From the IMG/VR virus record IMGVR_UViG_3300043372_000294, positions 1 to 64,000 of that record: DNA of 64,000 bases. One strand, 5' to 3'. A program made the position numbers and the translations under genes. The notes beneath the pieces are model-generated. The model did not search any database and was not told the origin of the DNA. It saw only the letters and a list, made by a program, of their open reading frames with translations. This document shows positions 17,581-27,552 of the stretch, piece after piece (the first letter of the stretch is position 1; each line of letters starts with the position of its first letter). The stretch is from a virus (lineage: Duplodnaviria; Caudoviricetes).

Positions 17581-20500
17581 ACTTTGCTCTCTCTTTCTCA
17601 ATATCTATAAGATTCATTTTACACCATTTCTCAGCAGAAATTACATTAGAAAGCGTAATCTGCCCATTTTTTCCACGATTCGTCTTAATAACCTTCCAAT
17701 CAAAAAGATTGGTCAACTCAGACAAATTGCCCTTCACACTCTCCCCAAACATCGTAGTCTTAATCCAACCCGACGCAGGAACATAAAAATACGAAGACGA
17801 CATATCACGATCAGTACGAGTCTTAAACTTCACAGTATTAATCAAATAAGCCAAAGACAAAGCCTTCCCATCAGGAAAAACATCACGCTTCAACCCAAGA
17901 CCATAAAGAAAATCAAACTCATCATTCTCAACACCATCAATCTGATTCCGCAAAAACCTACAAAACTTAGAATCAGACTTCCCAGTCTCAACAACATTAA
18001 AATCCTCAACATGATGAATCGTCTGATCACCAACAATCGCAATCACATAATCACGCTTATTAATCGCAGCCTCAGCATCAGCAAACGAAGACACAACACC
18101 AGTCGCATCCTCAATCTCAGCACGAAAATAGCGAGAAGTCCGCTTCGTAGACTTAACCACACCACGAACAATATACAAATTGATATCCTCCTTATTATCC
18201 TGCGCCATATTACACGGCATAATAATATCATCAAACGGAGACTTATCATTCATAGTTACAGGATAATTCAAAAGTGGACCGTAGTAACGACGAGACTCGT
18301 AAGGAGAATCAAAACCAAGGCAATCAAAAGCACCAACCTTCTGCAACGCATCAAGATTATTTACCTTAACCCTAGAGCGAGCAACAGTATTCACAAAATG
18401 ATCATAGTCCTCAAACGGGCGCTTCTCAAGAATCTCATTGACAGTCGTAGCACCACACCCTGCGATGTTAGAAATACCAAACCTGAGAGCATCATCCTCA
18501 AGGGAAAACGAAGCCTCAGACTTATTCACATCAGGGCCAAGGATTTCAACACCGAGCCTCTGAGTCTCAAAGAGATAAGTAGTGATCTTCTCTCCTTCAG
18601 TCTCATTAGACAAGGTAGCCCAAATAAACTCAGTAGGATAATTAACCTTCAACCACATTGTCTGATACGAGACAAGAGAGTAAGCAGTCGCATGAGACTT
18701 ATTGAACATATAAAGAGAAGCCTTCTCAATATCTGCCCACAGATTCTTAGCCTTAAACTCAGAAATATAACGTGACGCACCAGTAACAAACTCTGCTTTG
18801 TACTTATCAAACTGGACAGCATCCTGCTTCTTCGAAATAATCTTGCGAAGCTTGTCAGCATCAGCCCAACTGAAACCAGCAAGCTCAACGGCAATCTTCA
18901 TGACCTGCTCTTCGAAGATAAACGTCCCATATGTCTCACCAAGAATATCCTTCAGGATCTGATGATCATAAGATGTAACCTCTGTACCATCACGCCTAGC
19001 AAGATACTTCTTGCCCTGAGTAACATAAGATCCCGGACGAACTAGAGCGTTCGAAACAGCGAGATCATTGAAGCTAGAAACACCCATCTCACCAATGAGA
19101 GCAGCATAACCAGCCCCTTCAGCTTGGAAGATGCCGACGACGTTACCTGCTGTGAACTCGGCAAAAACTCTTGCATCAGGATTGTCAATATCAATACTAT
19201 CCTTTGATACGTCTCTACCTGTCCGCTGTTGAATCGCTGCGATGCAGTCTTTAATAACAGTAATCGCACGTACCCCAAGAGCATCAAATTTAATGAGGCC
19301 AAACTCTCCGGTTTCATCTTTATCATAAGCTACGACATTAATCTTTCTCTTAGTAACCGCCTCCTCACGAACCTCAATGGGAACAATAGTCTCAAGAGGA
19401 ACATTGGAAACAACAACTCCGGCAGCATGAGCAGATGCATTCTTGTATCTTCCAGCAAGACGCTCCGCAACCTTAATCACATCAGGGTGCTTCTTCCTAA
19501 ACTTTGCAAGACTATCTTTTGTCTTGTACTCATCGAAAGTCTCAAACATAGGAGAAATAGCATTAGCTTCAATATAAGGAATAGCGAAAGCGCTAGATAC
19601 AGCCTTAATCGAACCCTTGGGCTGGAAAGTGCCATACGCAGAAATACCAGCAACATTCTCCCCGCCCCAACGATTCCTCAGGTATTCCTTCGCCTCATCA
19701 CGGCGACGATCTTCGAAATCCAAGTCAATATCCGGGAAATCGTTTCTTTCAGGATTGATAAACCGAAAAAAGAGGAGTCCATGCTTGACCGGATCGATAT
19801 TCGTAATACCAAGAACATAAGACAATAAAGATCCACCAGCGCTACCACGGGCAGGCCCACGGGCAATGCCGTCACTATCAGCCCAACTAATAAGATCCCA
19901 AAGGACCAAAAAGTAGTCAGAGAAATTTTTTCCTGCAATAACTTCAAGCTCTTCATTAAGCCTGTCTTTATATTCCTGATTGTTACCAAATCCTTTCTGA
20001 TCAAGCATAAAGAAAGAAATATCACGAAGATAGTCATTAGATGACATATCAACCTTGATATCTTTTGTATAAGACGGGAGGAACATATTATTCATCTTGA
20101 TTTCAGCATTACACTTTTCAGCGATCTCCATGCTATTCTCAAGGATATCCATTCGATCAATACCAGCATTCTGAAAATGCTCAACTACCTCATTGGCATC
20201 CATGAGATACAAAGGAAGATCTTTGAATGAGAGCCTGCGATCAGGATACAAGATATCCATCTTGTGAATCAAATCATGCACACCACAAGCATGATCAAAG
20301 TTATCCTTAGCATGACGCTTCTGAGCAGCGTTCATTGATGATGTCTGCCCAATAGCAAGCAGCACCTCTTCGACACCCCAGTCTTGCTTAGTAGGGAAAT
20401 GGCAATCTAAAGTGCCAACCAAAGGAATGTTATAGGAGTCACCATAGTCAATAAGCTTAGCGTTAAGCTCAGGAGGATTGTGAGGCTGAACCTCAAGGTA

Positions 20501-21007
20501 ATAGTCATCCTTGAAGATCCCAGTGAAACGATTGAGAAGGTACTCAGACCGCTCCTCATCGCCCCGTAGAATCGCCTGAGACAGGGCGCTACCCATGCAG
20601 CCGGACAAACAGACCAGTCCCTCGCCAAACTGCTCAAGGTTAGAGAAATCAATGCGAGGCTTGTAATAGAACTGCTCAGTCCAAGCAACATTATTGATAC
20701 GGAAAAGATTCTCCAAGCCCTTATCATTCTTAGCGAGGAGAATCAGATGAAAGCGTTCTGCCTTCTTGTCCTGATCATCTTTGGATACGTCATCAACAAA
20801 GTATGCTTCCACGCCAAAGATCGGCTTCACGCCCTGACTCTTGCAGGCTTTCTGAAAGCGGATAAATCCGCCCATAGTGCCATGATCAGTAATAGCAGAT
20901 GCAATCTGACCATTAGTGCTTACAATCTGAGCAATCTCCTCTGGCGTAGTCATACCGTCAAGAAGAGAATACTCGCTATGATTATGAAGATGTGTAAACT
21001 GTGGCAA
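17567..21007 (-). CDS. dnaE: DNA polymerase III alpha subunit (DnaE-like)
   Basis: HLHNHSEYSLLDG, ITDHG, RGSAGGS, PDIDLDF, HAAGVV, FNKSHA. Confidence 0.96.
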   Translation of the reverse strand: MPQFTHLHNHSEYSLLDGMTTPEEIAQIVSTNGQIASAITDHGTMGGFIRFQKACKSQGVKPIFGVEAYFVDDVSKDDQDKKAERFHLILLAKNDKGLENLFRINNVAWTEQFYYKPRIDFSNLEQFGEGLVCLSGCMGSALSQAILRGDEERSEYLLNRFTGIFKDDYYLEVQPHNPPELNAKLIDYGDSYNIPLVGTLDCHFPTKQDWGVEEVLLAIGQTSSMNAAQKRHAKDNFDHACGVHDLIHKMDILYPDRRLSFKDLPLYLMDANEVVEHFQNAGIDRMDILENSMEIAEKCNAEIKMNNMFLPSYTKDIKVDMSSNDYLRDISFFMLDQKGFGNNQEYKDRLNEELEVIAGKNFSDYFLVLWDLISWADSDGIARGPARGSAGGSLLSYVLGITNIDPVKHGLLFFRFINPERNDFPDIDLDFEDRRRDEAKEYLRNRWGGENVAGISAYGTFQPKGSIKAVSSAFAIPYIEANAISPMFETFDEYKTKDSLAKFRKKHPDVIKVAERLAGRYKNASAHAAGVVVSNVPLETIVPIEVREEAVTKRKINVVAYDKDETGEFGLIKFDALGVRAITVIKDCIAAIQQRTGRDVSKDSIDIDNPDARVFAEFTAGNVVGIFQAEGAGYAALIGEMGVSSFNDLAVSNALVRPGSYVTQGKKYLARRDGTEVTSYDHQILKDILGETYGTFIFEEQVMKIAVELAGFSWADADKLRKIISKKQDAVQFDKYKAEFVTGASRYISEFKAKNLWADIEKASLYMFNKSHATAYSLVSYQTMWLKVNYPTEFIWATLSNETEGEKITTYLFETQRLGVEILGPDVNKSEASFSLEDDALRFGISNIAGCGATTVNEILEKRPFEDYDHFVNTVARSRVKVNNLDALQKVGAFDCLGFDSPYESRRYYGPLLNYPVTMNDKSPFDDIIMPCNMAQDNKEDINLYIVRGVVKSTKRTSRYFRAEIEDATGVVSSFADAEAAINKRDYVIAIVGDQTIHHVEDFNVVETGKSDSKFCRFLRNQIDGVENDEFDFLYGLGLKRDVFPDGKALSLAYLINTVKFKTRTDRDMSSSYFYVPASGWIKTTMFGESVKGNLSELTNLFDWKVIKTNRGKNGQITLSNVISAEKWCKMNLIDIEKERAKYAGN

Positions 21008-21018
21008 CTAAATTCCTA

Positions 21019-21228
21019 TCAATCCCTAGAGTAAAAAACACCAACAACACCGAACTCAATATTCTCCCAATTCGCATCATCATAAAGATCAACTTCTGCG
21101 AGATACTCGGCATACTTCTCGTAAGTATGGTTACTGCCCGGACTAGAAAACTTCCATGCAGTAAAATCTTCTTCTGTAAACTCAATCTTAATGTTTTGAG
21201 TTTTTTGAACTAATGCAATATACATCAC
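21019..21228 (-). CDS. hypothetical protein
   Basis: Tiles with neighbouring genes. Confidence 0.55.
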   Translation of the reverse strand: MMYIALVQKTQNIKIEFTEEDFTAWKFSSPGSNHTYEKYAEYLAEVDLYDDANWENIEFGVVGVFYSRD

Positions 21229-21701
21229 TTCTCCAAAAATAATGAGGGAATACTGTCACTATTAATGACATAAACATCAACGCCACCCTCTTGGAGAAGT
21301 TCAATAGCTTCCTTCTGAGGATAGAAAGTGTCGGCAATTACTTTCCTAATTCCTGCGTTAATTATAGTCCTAGAGCAGAACAGGCAGGGAGTTGTCGTCA
21401 AGTACATTGTAGCGCCGTTGGTGCTAGTTCCGTTCATCGCAGCCGAAATAACCGCATTGAGCTCCGCATGGATTGCATTACACTTCCTCCAGCCCTTGCC
21501 GCTCTCCCTTATGAGGCAGTCCTCGGTACAATGAGAAGTGCCTCGGGCAGCGCCATTGTAGCCCATAGAAATTACCTGATTAGTTTCAGGATTCACAACA
21601 ACACAACCAACTTTACGACTAGGACAAGTTGATCTTTGTGCAGCAGCTTTGGCGAGACTAATAAAGTATTCATCCCACGTTGGTCTATCAAGTTTAATCA
21701 T
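21225..21701 (-). CDS. dCMP deaminase
   Basis: RPTWDEYF, RSTC, GYNG, HAELNA, PCxxC. Confidence 0.92.
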   Translation of the reverse strand: MIKLDRPTWDEYFISLAKAAAQRSTCPSRKVGCVVVNPETNQVISMGYNGAARGTSHCTEDCLIRESGKGWRKCNAIHAELNAVISAAMNGTSTNGATMYLTTTPCLFCSRTIINAGIRKVIADTFYPQKEAIELLQEGGVDVYVINSDSIPSLFLEK

Positions 21702-22071
21702 TTTTACTCACTATATATAAGGGTATACTACTATACCGAGCATATCTTTTATAATCTAAAGAAGAACCACCAAAAATAAAAATAAGATCTGGCTTATAAT
21801 CCTCTATAAAAATATCTGCGAAATCCCTCTCTTTGGGATTCTCATCAAGCAAACCTCTATAAAGCCAATCTGCATTAAACGATCTTCTAACAGAAGAGCT
21901 CCCAAAAGTTTTATCACTCCACTTCTCAGCTATTTTTGATACATAGCCTATCCCTCTATACGCAATATGAAGAGTATCTTTATATTGTATATAAAGACCA
22001 TTAAGCATTGTTTTAATGACTATTTCATTTATTTTAAATGATTCACCACCATCAACAATTACACGCATTTG
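21694..22071 (-). CDS. divergent SLOG/DUF2493-like protein
   Basis: MRVIV.GG.SF...A..W...ADW...KPDLI..F.G. Confidence 0.45.
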   Translation of the reverse strand, partial: QMRVIVDGGESFKINEIVIKTMLNGLYIQYKDTLHIAYRGIGYVSKIAEKWSDKTFGSSSVRRSFNADWLYRGLLDENPKERDFADIFIEDYKPDLIFIFGGSSLDYKRYARYSSIPLYIVSKND

Positions 22072-22586
22072 ATGTCCCACAAAGAATCAATCCTGATCTT
22101 TGGATCAACATCTGCATTGAGATTGTAAGGACGATTGAGAAGGTACGATGGGATACCGGCCTCATGAGCGCCCTGAGCCATCTCAGGGTTATCATCAACG
22201 AATACACTCACTTCAAGTTGTTGAAGAAACTCTACCTTATTTTCCTCAAAAACAACAAAGTCTACAGGCACATCCCATTCATAGAACCAGTCCCAAGTAT
22301 ATTTATCTAAAGACTTATCTCTTGCAGTTAAATACATGATGTCATAATTTGAAGAATGGTGATTTATCCAATACCATGCATCAGAAAATGCTTTTGCATT
22401 TTTGACAGTCAAAGGGTTCTTCAAAATACTATCGATAATATCTAAAGATATATCAGGATATGCTTCACTCCAAGCATAGCCTGACCAATTCTTCCAATGA
22501 TTAGCACTATGACCATCTTTTTTTAAGCGATAGTCAAGCTCTTCAAACAAGTCTACAACAACACCATCAATATCAAGAATAATCAT
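22059..22586 (-). CDS. HAD-family 5'(3')-deoxyribonucleotidase-like protein
   Basis: DIDGV, LTAR, K, FVDD.P, RPYN. Confidence 0.82.
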   Translation of the reverse strand: MIILDIDGVVVDLFEELDYRLKKDGHSANHWKNWSGYAWSEAYPDISLDIIDSILKNPLTVKNAKAFSDAWYWINHHSSNYDIMYLTARDKSLDKYTWDWFYEWDVPVDFVVFEENKVEFLQQLEVSVFVDDNPEMAQGAHEAGIPSYLLNRPYNLNADVDPKIRIDSLWDIKCV

Positions 22587-22612
22587 TATGCTCCATAGAT
22601 AGAATTTAAACT

Positions 22613-22645
22613 AAAAATATGAGTGCCGGGGATCTCTCCCCGGCA
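22613..22645 (-). terminator. intrinsic terminator after ssb
   Basis: TGCCGGGGA-GAGA-TCCCCGGCA followed by a T-rich tract. Confidence 0.75.
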
Positions 22646-22652
22646 AACACAC

Positions 22653-23318
22653 TCAAGCCCAATCGCTAGAACCTGATGAATCATCCTCAGCAATATAATA
22701 GCCAGCCTGCTCTGCGGGATTCATGATCTTATAAACCCTAGTAAGATCATGCACCGGAAGATCAGCAATACTTCCATGAGCATCCTTCGGAGCAAGAGGA
22801 ATCAGATTATACTTAGTCTGCTGCTTCTGACCAGTACGAGAGATCTTGAAATCACGATCCATAATCGTACCATACTCACTAGCATACGTTACAACAGTTT
22901 CTGCAACGTGAGCACCAGTAAACTTCTGATCAAGAACACGGGGTTCCCAAACATCAGTCTCAGAGTTAAACACAGCAACATTGACGAGAAGATGCTGCTT
23001 GGCCTTCCAGCCACGATCACGAACAACCTGTTCGCAACCAAAACAACGGTAACCGAACTCCTCATGATCCCCCGTGCAAACTGCACTCTTACGAAAATCA
23101 TTAGGGTTGGTATGGACAGAGACAACATGAGCGACACCGGCTTCGTCAGCAAAGTTTGCTGAATCCTCGGTAAGCTCCTGACGGAAGCGAATCAGATATG
23201 ACTCACCAGACTTGATGGTGAAATACCGCTGCACCCTCTCGCCATCACCGGGGCCTGAATTGCCCTTGTTTTCAATTGTATTCTTTCTGAGATCAGAAAG
23301 AGTCTTGAACATACTCAT
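22653..23318 (-). CDS. single-stranded DNA-binding protein (gp32-like)
   Basis: IRF...H...C...C..C Zn site, FKISRTG...TKY.L.P, acidic tail ending DW. Confidence 0.78.
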   Translation of the reverse strand: MSMFKTLSDLRKNTIENKGNSGPGDGERVQRYFTIKSGESYLIRFRQELTEDSANFADEAGVAHVVSVHTNPNDFRKSAVCTGDHEEFGYRCFGCEQVVRDRGWKAKQHLLVNVAVFNSETDVWEPRVLDQKFTGAHVAETVVTYASEYGTIMDRDFKISRTGQKQQTKYNLIPLAPKDAHGSIADLPVHDLTRVYKIMNPAEQAGYYIAEDDSSGSSDWA

Positions 23319-23383
23319 AATTTTTCCTTACCTTTCGACGTTATAAACGTACATATTTGGTCTAGCTTACGCACTTAGGCGTC

Positions 23384-23560
23384 CTAGTTATTATACCACC
23401 TGTCAATGGACTCCGACAACCCGAGGGCAGGGAAGCCCTCAAGAACTTCCTCCAGAAGCGAAATCTCTTTCGCACTCAGGAGTATGTTTGATGTCATAGA
23501 TGAGTCCATGAAATCAAGTTGGAATACATCATCAGTGAGATGTGTGAGGCGAAAATACAT
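23384..23560 (-). CDS. 58-aa hypothetical protein whose 3' end contains the ssb promoter
   Basis: Hand translation: MYFRLTHLTDDVFQLDFMDSS...SIDRWYNN*. TGGTATAAT at 23390-23398. Confidence 0.5.
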   Translation of the reverse strand: MYFRLTHLTDDVFQLDFMDSSMTSNILLSAKEISLLEEVLEGFPALGLSESIDRWYNN

Positions 23561-24461
23561 TTTCGAAACTCCAAGTAAAATAGCTTACTGCGTTATTAAT
23601 ATGCTCTGCTATCTGCTGCTCATCCATCTCACCCGGATCTTTATAATTCGGATCTTGAAATTTGACGAGATGCAGATCTTGATTATAACAGCTTTTTATA
23701 ATTTCATCACGCATTGCATTGCCAGCAGCATCATTGTCAGAGAAGATGACGATCTTATCAAAGTACTTAGACAAGAGCTCCATGTGGTTAGTAGTAATCG
23801 TTGCTCCGAGAGAAGATACGACATTCGGGAAACCTGCTTGATGAACTTTCATAGCATCAAGACTACCTTCGACAATGATACATGAATCATACTTCTTCGC
23901 ATTATTCAGATTAAATAAGACACTCTTTCTGGGAAATCCCTTTGAGTACAAATATTTGGGCTGAATATTTTGATCAATAGCCCTCCCGATGAAACCAATC
24001 ACACGATGCTTGATATCTCTAGCTGGAATAACTATGCGCTTTTTGCTTTCAGAAAAGGCAATATCAAAATACGATAAAGTCTCAACCGAGAACCCCCGAT
24101 CTACAAGATATTGAACTTTGTAGGTATCCTCAGGATAGTTCATTCTTATGCTATCAAGGGTTTCGTCCCATGAGTGATCAATTGGAGCTTCATCTTTAAA
24201 GATGAGATTCTTTTGGATATCATCTAAAGTGTAGTCTTTTACAAAAGAACCAGTCTCCCCGAAGAACTCCATAAGATCTCTCATAGATCCTGTTTTACCG
24301 CACGATGGATTGAAGCAGATCCAAAGTCCAGTTGACTTATTGATATAGAAGGCCGGAGTATCCGCATTATTATGAAAGGGACAATAGCAAGCTAACTCGC
24401 TACCATCATCACGAATAATCTGAACACCCTTCGCTTCTACGTAAGCATAGACATCAAGCAT
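23532..24461 (-). CDS. DNA primase (CHC2 Zn finger + TOPRIM)
   Basis: CPFH...C...C, GR, PKY, VEG.LD, DND.AG, KDP. Confidence 0.92.
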   Translation of the reverse strand: MLDVYAYVEAKGVQIIRDDGSELACYCPFHNNADTPAFYINKSTGLWICFNPSCGKTGSMRDLMEFFGETGSFVKDYTLDDIQKNLIFKDEAPIDHSWDETLDSIRMNYPEDTYKVQYLVDRGFSVETLSYFDIAFSESKKRIVIPARDIKHRVIGFIGRAIDQNIQPKYLYSKGFPRKSVLFNLNNAKKYDSCIIVEGSLDAMKVHQAGFPNVVSSLGATITTNHMELLSKYFDKIVIFSDNDAAGNAMRDEIIKSCYNQDLHLVKFQDPNYKDPGEMDEQQIAEHINNAVSYFTWSFENVFSPHTSH

Positions 24462-24651
24462 AAAAGAAAACTTTGAAGTTAAAGTTGCCCTTTTCGTTCA
24501 TATCCCATGTTACATTTGTCTTACGAAACTTCTTTCCGGACTGACGAACATAGTCTTCAATCTGAGGGCGCAGCCTAATAACTGCCTCCTGATCAATTGC
24601 CTCTCCATCAACAACATGAACAATTTTCTTGCTCTTATACTTCGTGTTCAT
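24454..24651 (-). CDS. hypothetical protein
   Basis: Tiles between helicase and primase. Confidence 0.6.
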   Translation of the reverse strand: MNTKYKSKKIVHVVDGEAIDQEAVIRLRPQIEDYVRQSGKKFRKTNVTWDMNEKGNFNFKVFFYA

Positions 24652-25855
24652 AAATTTCCTTCCACTCTCCCGAGTCTAAATTCCAACGAAGATAGAAGGC
24701 AAAAGGAGCACACCTTCTAGTCTTACGAGTTACAACCTGAAAAACATCACTGCCCATTGCACGATGAACAGCAAGCACCATATCAGCATCATAAGAAAGC
24801 TGTTTACTCCAAGCAATCTCATTAAGTTCGGGAGGACGCTCATCATGGCCATCATCCATAGTGACACCTGAAACGTCGATGACAGGCACACGATTTCTGA
24901 CAGCAATACGCTTGAATGCCTTAGAGAGATTCTTGGCACGCTCAGTCTCCGATCCGCCCTTATTGGCATCATCAAAGAGTGTATGATAATCAAGAATTAC
25001 AAGGTCAGGCTTGTACTGTTCAATCTTAGACTGAACAAAATGCTGATCAGCAGTCTCAATGCCATCTGAAGTAACAAGATGGATCGGAGGCTTTCCGTTA
25101 AACATCTCTTTAGCCCATCCCTCATAATCATCCATCTGAATACCCTTGCCGTTAGTAAGTTGAGTATTCGTAAATACTTCGCCACCATTGAGAATGGTAT
25201 CCATTCGGAATTCTTCCTGAAGACGATCCATCTCAAGAGAGATAATAAGAGGAACATATCCTGCACGCCAAGCATTAGCAGCCATAAGGCGAGTCAATGC
25301 TGACTTACCAACACCAGTCCACCCAATAACAACCACAAAATCACCGGGCTGGAATCCTCCGAAATGAGCGTCGATAACTTTGATCCCACTAGTAACTCCA
25401 ACAATCTTGCTATCAGGATTATCAATGCGGTCCTTGAGGATCTCAGCCCTCTCAGAATATTCCGCAATATTAGAATCCTTAAGCCTTCCCGAATCACGAA
25501 TCAACTGTGCTGACTCATTCTGAATAAGCGTAAGAATCTTTGCCGGATCTTCATTATTCTTCAATGCCTCAGAAGCCTTATAAAGAGCAGTTCTCACGCC
25601 CCGCCCAAGACTCTGCTTCTTCGCATCATCAATATAAAATTGGATCGGAGAGTCTGAGACGAAAAACTCAAAGCTCTTGAAGTTGCTCTTCACCACATCT
25701 TTAGATGGTGCCTGACCATATTCATTGTTAAACTCTACAATAAAGTTCCAAACATCTGAATGCTCAGCAAAAACATAGTCAACACCTTGTTCGATACAGA
25801 GCTTAACTTCCCCTGTCTTAATAATGCTATTCAACAAATTCAGCTCATAGTTCAT
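24635..25855 (-). CDS. DnaB-like replicative helicase
   Basis: GWTGVGKS, SLEM, ILDY, DAD. Confidence 0.9.
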   Translation of the reverse strand: MNYELNLLNSIIKTGEVKLCIEQGVDYVFAEHSDVWNFIVEFNNEYGQAPSKDVVKSNFKSFEFFVSDSPIQFYIDDAKKQSLGRGVRTALYKASEALKNNEDPAKILTLIQNESAQLIRDSGRLKDSNIAEYSERAEILKDRIDNPDSKIVGVTSGIKVIDAHFGGFQPGDFVVVIGWTGVGKSALTRLMAANAWRAGYVPLIISLEMDRLQEEFRMDTILNGGEVFTNTQLTNGKGIQMDDYEGWAKEMFNGKPPIHLVTSDGIETADQHFVQSKIEQYKPDLVILDYHTLFDDANKGGSETERAKNLSKAFKRIAVRNRVPVIDVSGVTMDDGHDERPPELNEIAWSKQLSYDADMVLAVHRAMGSDVFQVVTRKTRRCAPFAFYLRWNLDSGEWKEIYEHEV

Positions 25856-26180
25856 CGAACTGTCGCATCCTTTTTTCTGTCTCTTTGACTAAACGGTTAA
25901 AATCCTCCTTGGACTTCTTTGACTCAATAACTCTATCCCGGATCTTACTACTATCCAAGGCAAAGTTGTAAACGAGAATAGGGTCCGATGTTGCTTTCAC
26001 ATACTCACGAATACATTCAAGCAGAATATCAATTGAATGATACTTGCTATAAAATACTGTGAGACTGTGAATAATGTCACTCTGACGAGGTTCGGGGAGG
26101 AAAAGCTTCCCGTTCTCGTCGCATGACGACTGAAACGTAGAGAGAACTATCTCCGAAGTTTCTTTCACTTGTATTCTCAA
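25845..26180 (-). CDS. hypothetical protein upstream of the helicase
   Basis: ORF track. Confidence 0.6.
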   Translation of the reverse strand: MRIQVKETSEIVLSTFQSSCDENGKLFLPEPRQSDIIHSLTVFYSKYHSIDILLECIREYVKATSDPILVYNFALDSSKIRDRVIESKKSKEDFNRLVKETEKRMRQFDEL

Positions 26181-26403
26181 CTCGCTTCCATTGTATCAAT
26201 AAACGATCATATTTGGATAAACCTGCGGATGTAAAGCTGCCATCAGTATCTTCATTCGCTAGAATACATGGTATCTGAACTGAACACTCAGCGCACAAGC
26301 TTTTTGCTTCATTTACATCATCAATATAAAACGACGTAAACTTTTTGTCGAACTTGCAAAGAGCATCTTTAGTCCAATGAACTCTAGAAAGATTCCTAGA
26401 CAT
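26077..26403 (-). CDS. divergent WhiB-like protein
   Basis: W...A.C...F...AK.LC..C.V...C. GxWGG is replaced by TSAGLS..DR. Confidence 0.65.
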   Translation of the reverse strand: MSRNLSRVHWTKDALCKFDKKFTSFYIDDVNEAKSLCAECSVQIPCILANEDTDGSFTSAGLSKYDRLLIQWKRVENTSERNFGDSSLYVSVVMRREREAFPPRTSSE

Positions 26404-26630
26404 CAGGACTCCGCAAGTCCCCGATCTGCCTCAAGAAGTTGACCCTCAATCTGAGCCTGAACATCTTCCCACAGATTCGTCCATGCCTGATCCTTATCTT
26501 GCAAAGGATCGACATTAATGCGAGCGCCAGCATCAATACGAAGCGACTCATAGTTTCCAAGATTCTTAGTGATCCCAACGGAACACCAAATCATATTCTG
26601 ATCATCCTTTTCAGGAATCAAATTTGCCAT
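26403..26630 (-). CDS. phage hypothetical protein (G.T.NLGNYESLRID)
   Basis: Start MANL at 26630 after GAGGA. Confidence 0.7.
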   Translation of the reverse strand: MANLIPEKDDQNMIWCSVGITKNLGNYESLRIDAGARINVDPLQDKDQAWTNLWEDVQAQIEGQLLEADRGLAES

Positions 26631-26637
26631 AACTTCC

Positions 26638-27063
26638 TCAATCTTTCTGATTAAGTCTAATGTTTCTATTCTTATAGTCAAGAGGACGGCCAGCAGACCT
26701 CCTCCTGCGGAAGAACTCAGCGAGCTCCTCCACCTGCCTTTCCGAGTATACACGGGTTTCCAGCTTTCCACCACCATGAAGGGAAATTTTCTCACCGGCA
26801 GGGATGAGCCCCATGTTTTCATATTTTCTGATGGTGGAAGTTTTTTTGCCAAACATCTTGGCAACCTCGCCAATCTTATAAACTCTTTTAAAAAGAATCG
26901 GCGTTATTTTAAAATCAACTACTTCATTGCTGTGAGAGTGATAATTATGAACGATAACATTCTCACGAATCTTGTCCACTCTTATCACCCTCACAACATT
27001 ACCACTTGGTAGTTTGTAAAATTTCTTTAATTGAATTTTGGAAAGCAAAGAGTCATTATACAT
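26638..27063 (-). CDS. MerR-like HTH DNA-binding protein
   Basis: YKIGEVAK......TIRKYE..GLIP...R.YS. Confidence 0.82.
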   Translation of the reverse strand: MYNDSLLSKIQLKKFYKLPSGNVVRVIRVDKIRENVIVHNYHSHSNEVVDFKITPILFKRVYKIGEVAKMFGKKTSTIRKYENMGLIPAGEKISLHGGGKLETRVYSERQVEELAEFFRRRRSAGRPLDYKNRNIRLNQKD

Positions 27064-27247
27064 TACTCTTTACCGCTTCAGAAAGCTTTTTCTTGAAATT
27101 TTTCCAATCACTAAATTTTACATAAGCTTTATGAGAACAAATATAGCATCCAAGTTGCATAATCTTAGTATCATTGTCGTCAACAAAAGTTTCTTCTTCA
27201 CAGACAAGTCCACCACAATTTTTACACTTTAACATATAAGTTTTCAC
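27056..27247 (-). CDS. Zn-ribbon protein
   Basis: CKNCGG...CYIC. Confidence 0.65.
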   Translation of the reverse strand: MKTYMLKCKNCGGLVCEEETFVDDNDTKIMQLGCYICSHKAYVKFSDWKNFKKKLSEAVKSNV

Positions 27248-27537
27248 TTTGCGCCTACACCTGCGTTCTCAAGCCTTGCATTCAAAGCAGTTCCACCAAA
27301 ATACTGCTGGTAGACAACCTGAGCCACCGAAAAGACTACAGTGACATTTGCAAGAAGAACCTTCCAATCTGAAAGGTTAACGCCATTGTCAAGAGCAGTA
27401 ATGCCCAAAGCAACAACGGCAGAAGTCCCGATAGCAACCCCCTGCTTAACCTTGGCTGACCAAGAAATATTCTTCAAAAAAGAAACAAGAAGGGGGACAA
27501 AGATACCGGCTAAAGCTGCAATTCCAATATTACCCAT
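27244..27537 (-). CDS. putative holin
   Basis: 97 aa, three hydrophobic segments; GGAGG RBS. Confidence 0.6.
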   Translation of the reverse strand: MGNIGIAALAGIFVPLLVSFLKNISWSAKVKQGVAIGTSAVVALGITALDNGVNLSDWKVLLANVTVVFSVAQVVYQQYFGGTALNARLENAGVGAK

Positions 27538-27552
27538 TTAATTCACCTCCAA

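Noticed and set aside
16561-18775. Long plus-strand ORFs (227 aa, 413 aa) and the many other plus-strand ORFs in the track
   Set aside because: They are antisense shadows of real genes caused by T/G-ending codon bias. They are Ile/Asn/Thr-skewed and show no motifs or RBS.
23390-23406. TTGACA next to TATAAT as a -35/-10 pair
   Set aside because: The spacer is only 5 nt, so only the extended -10 box is credible.
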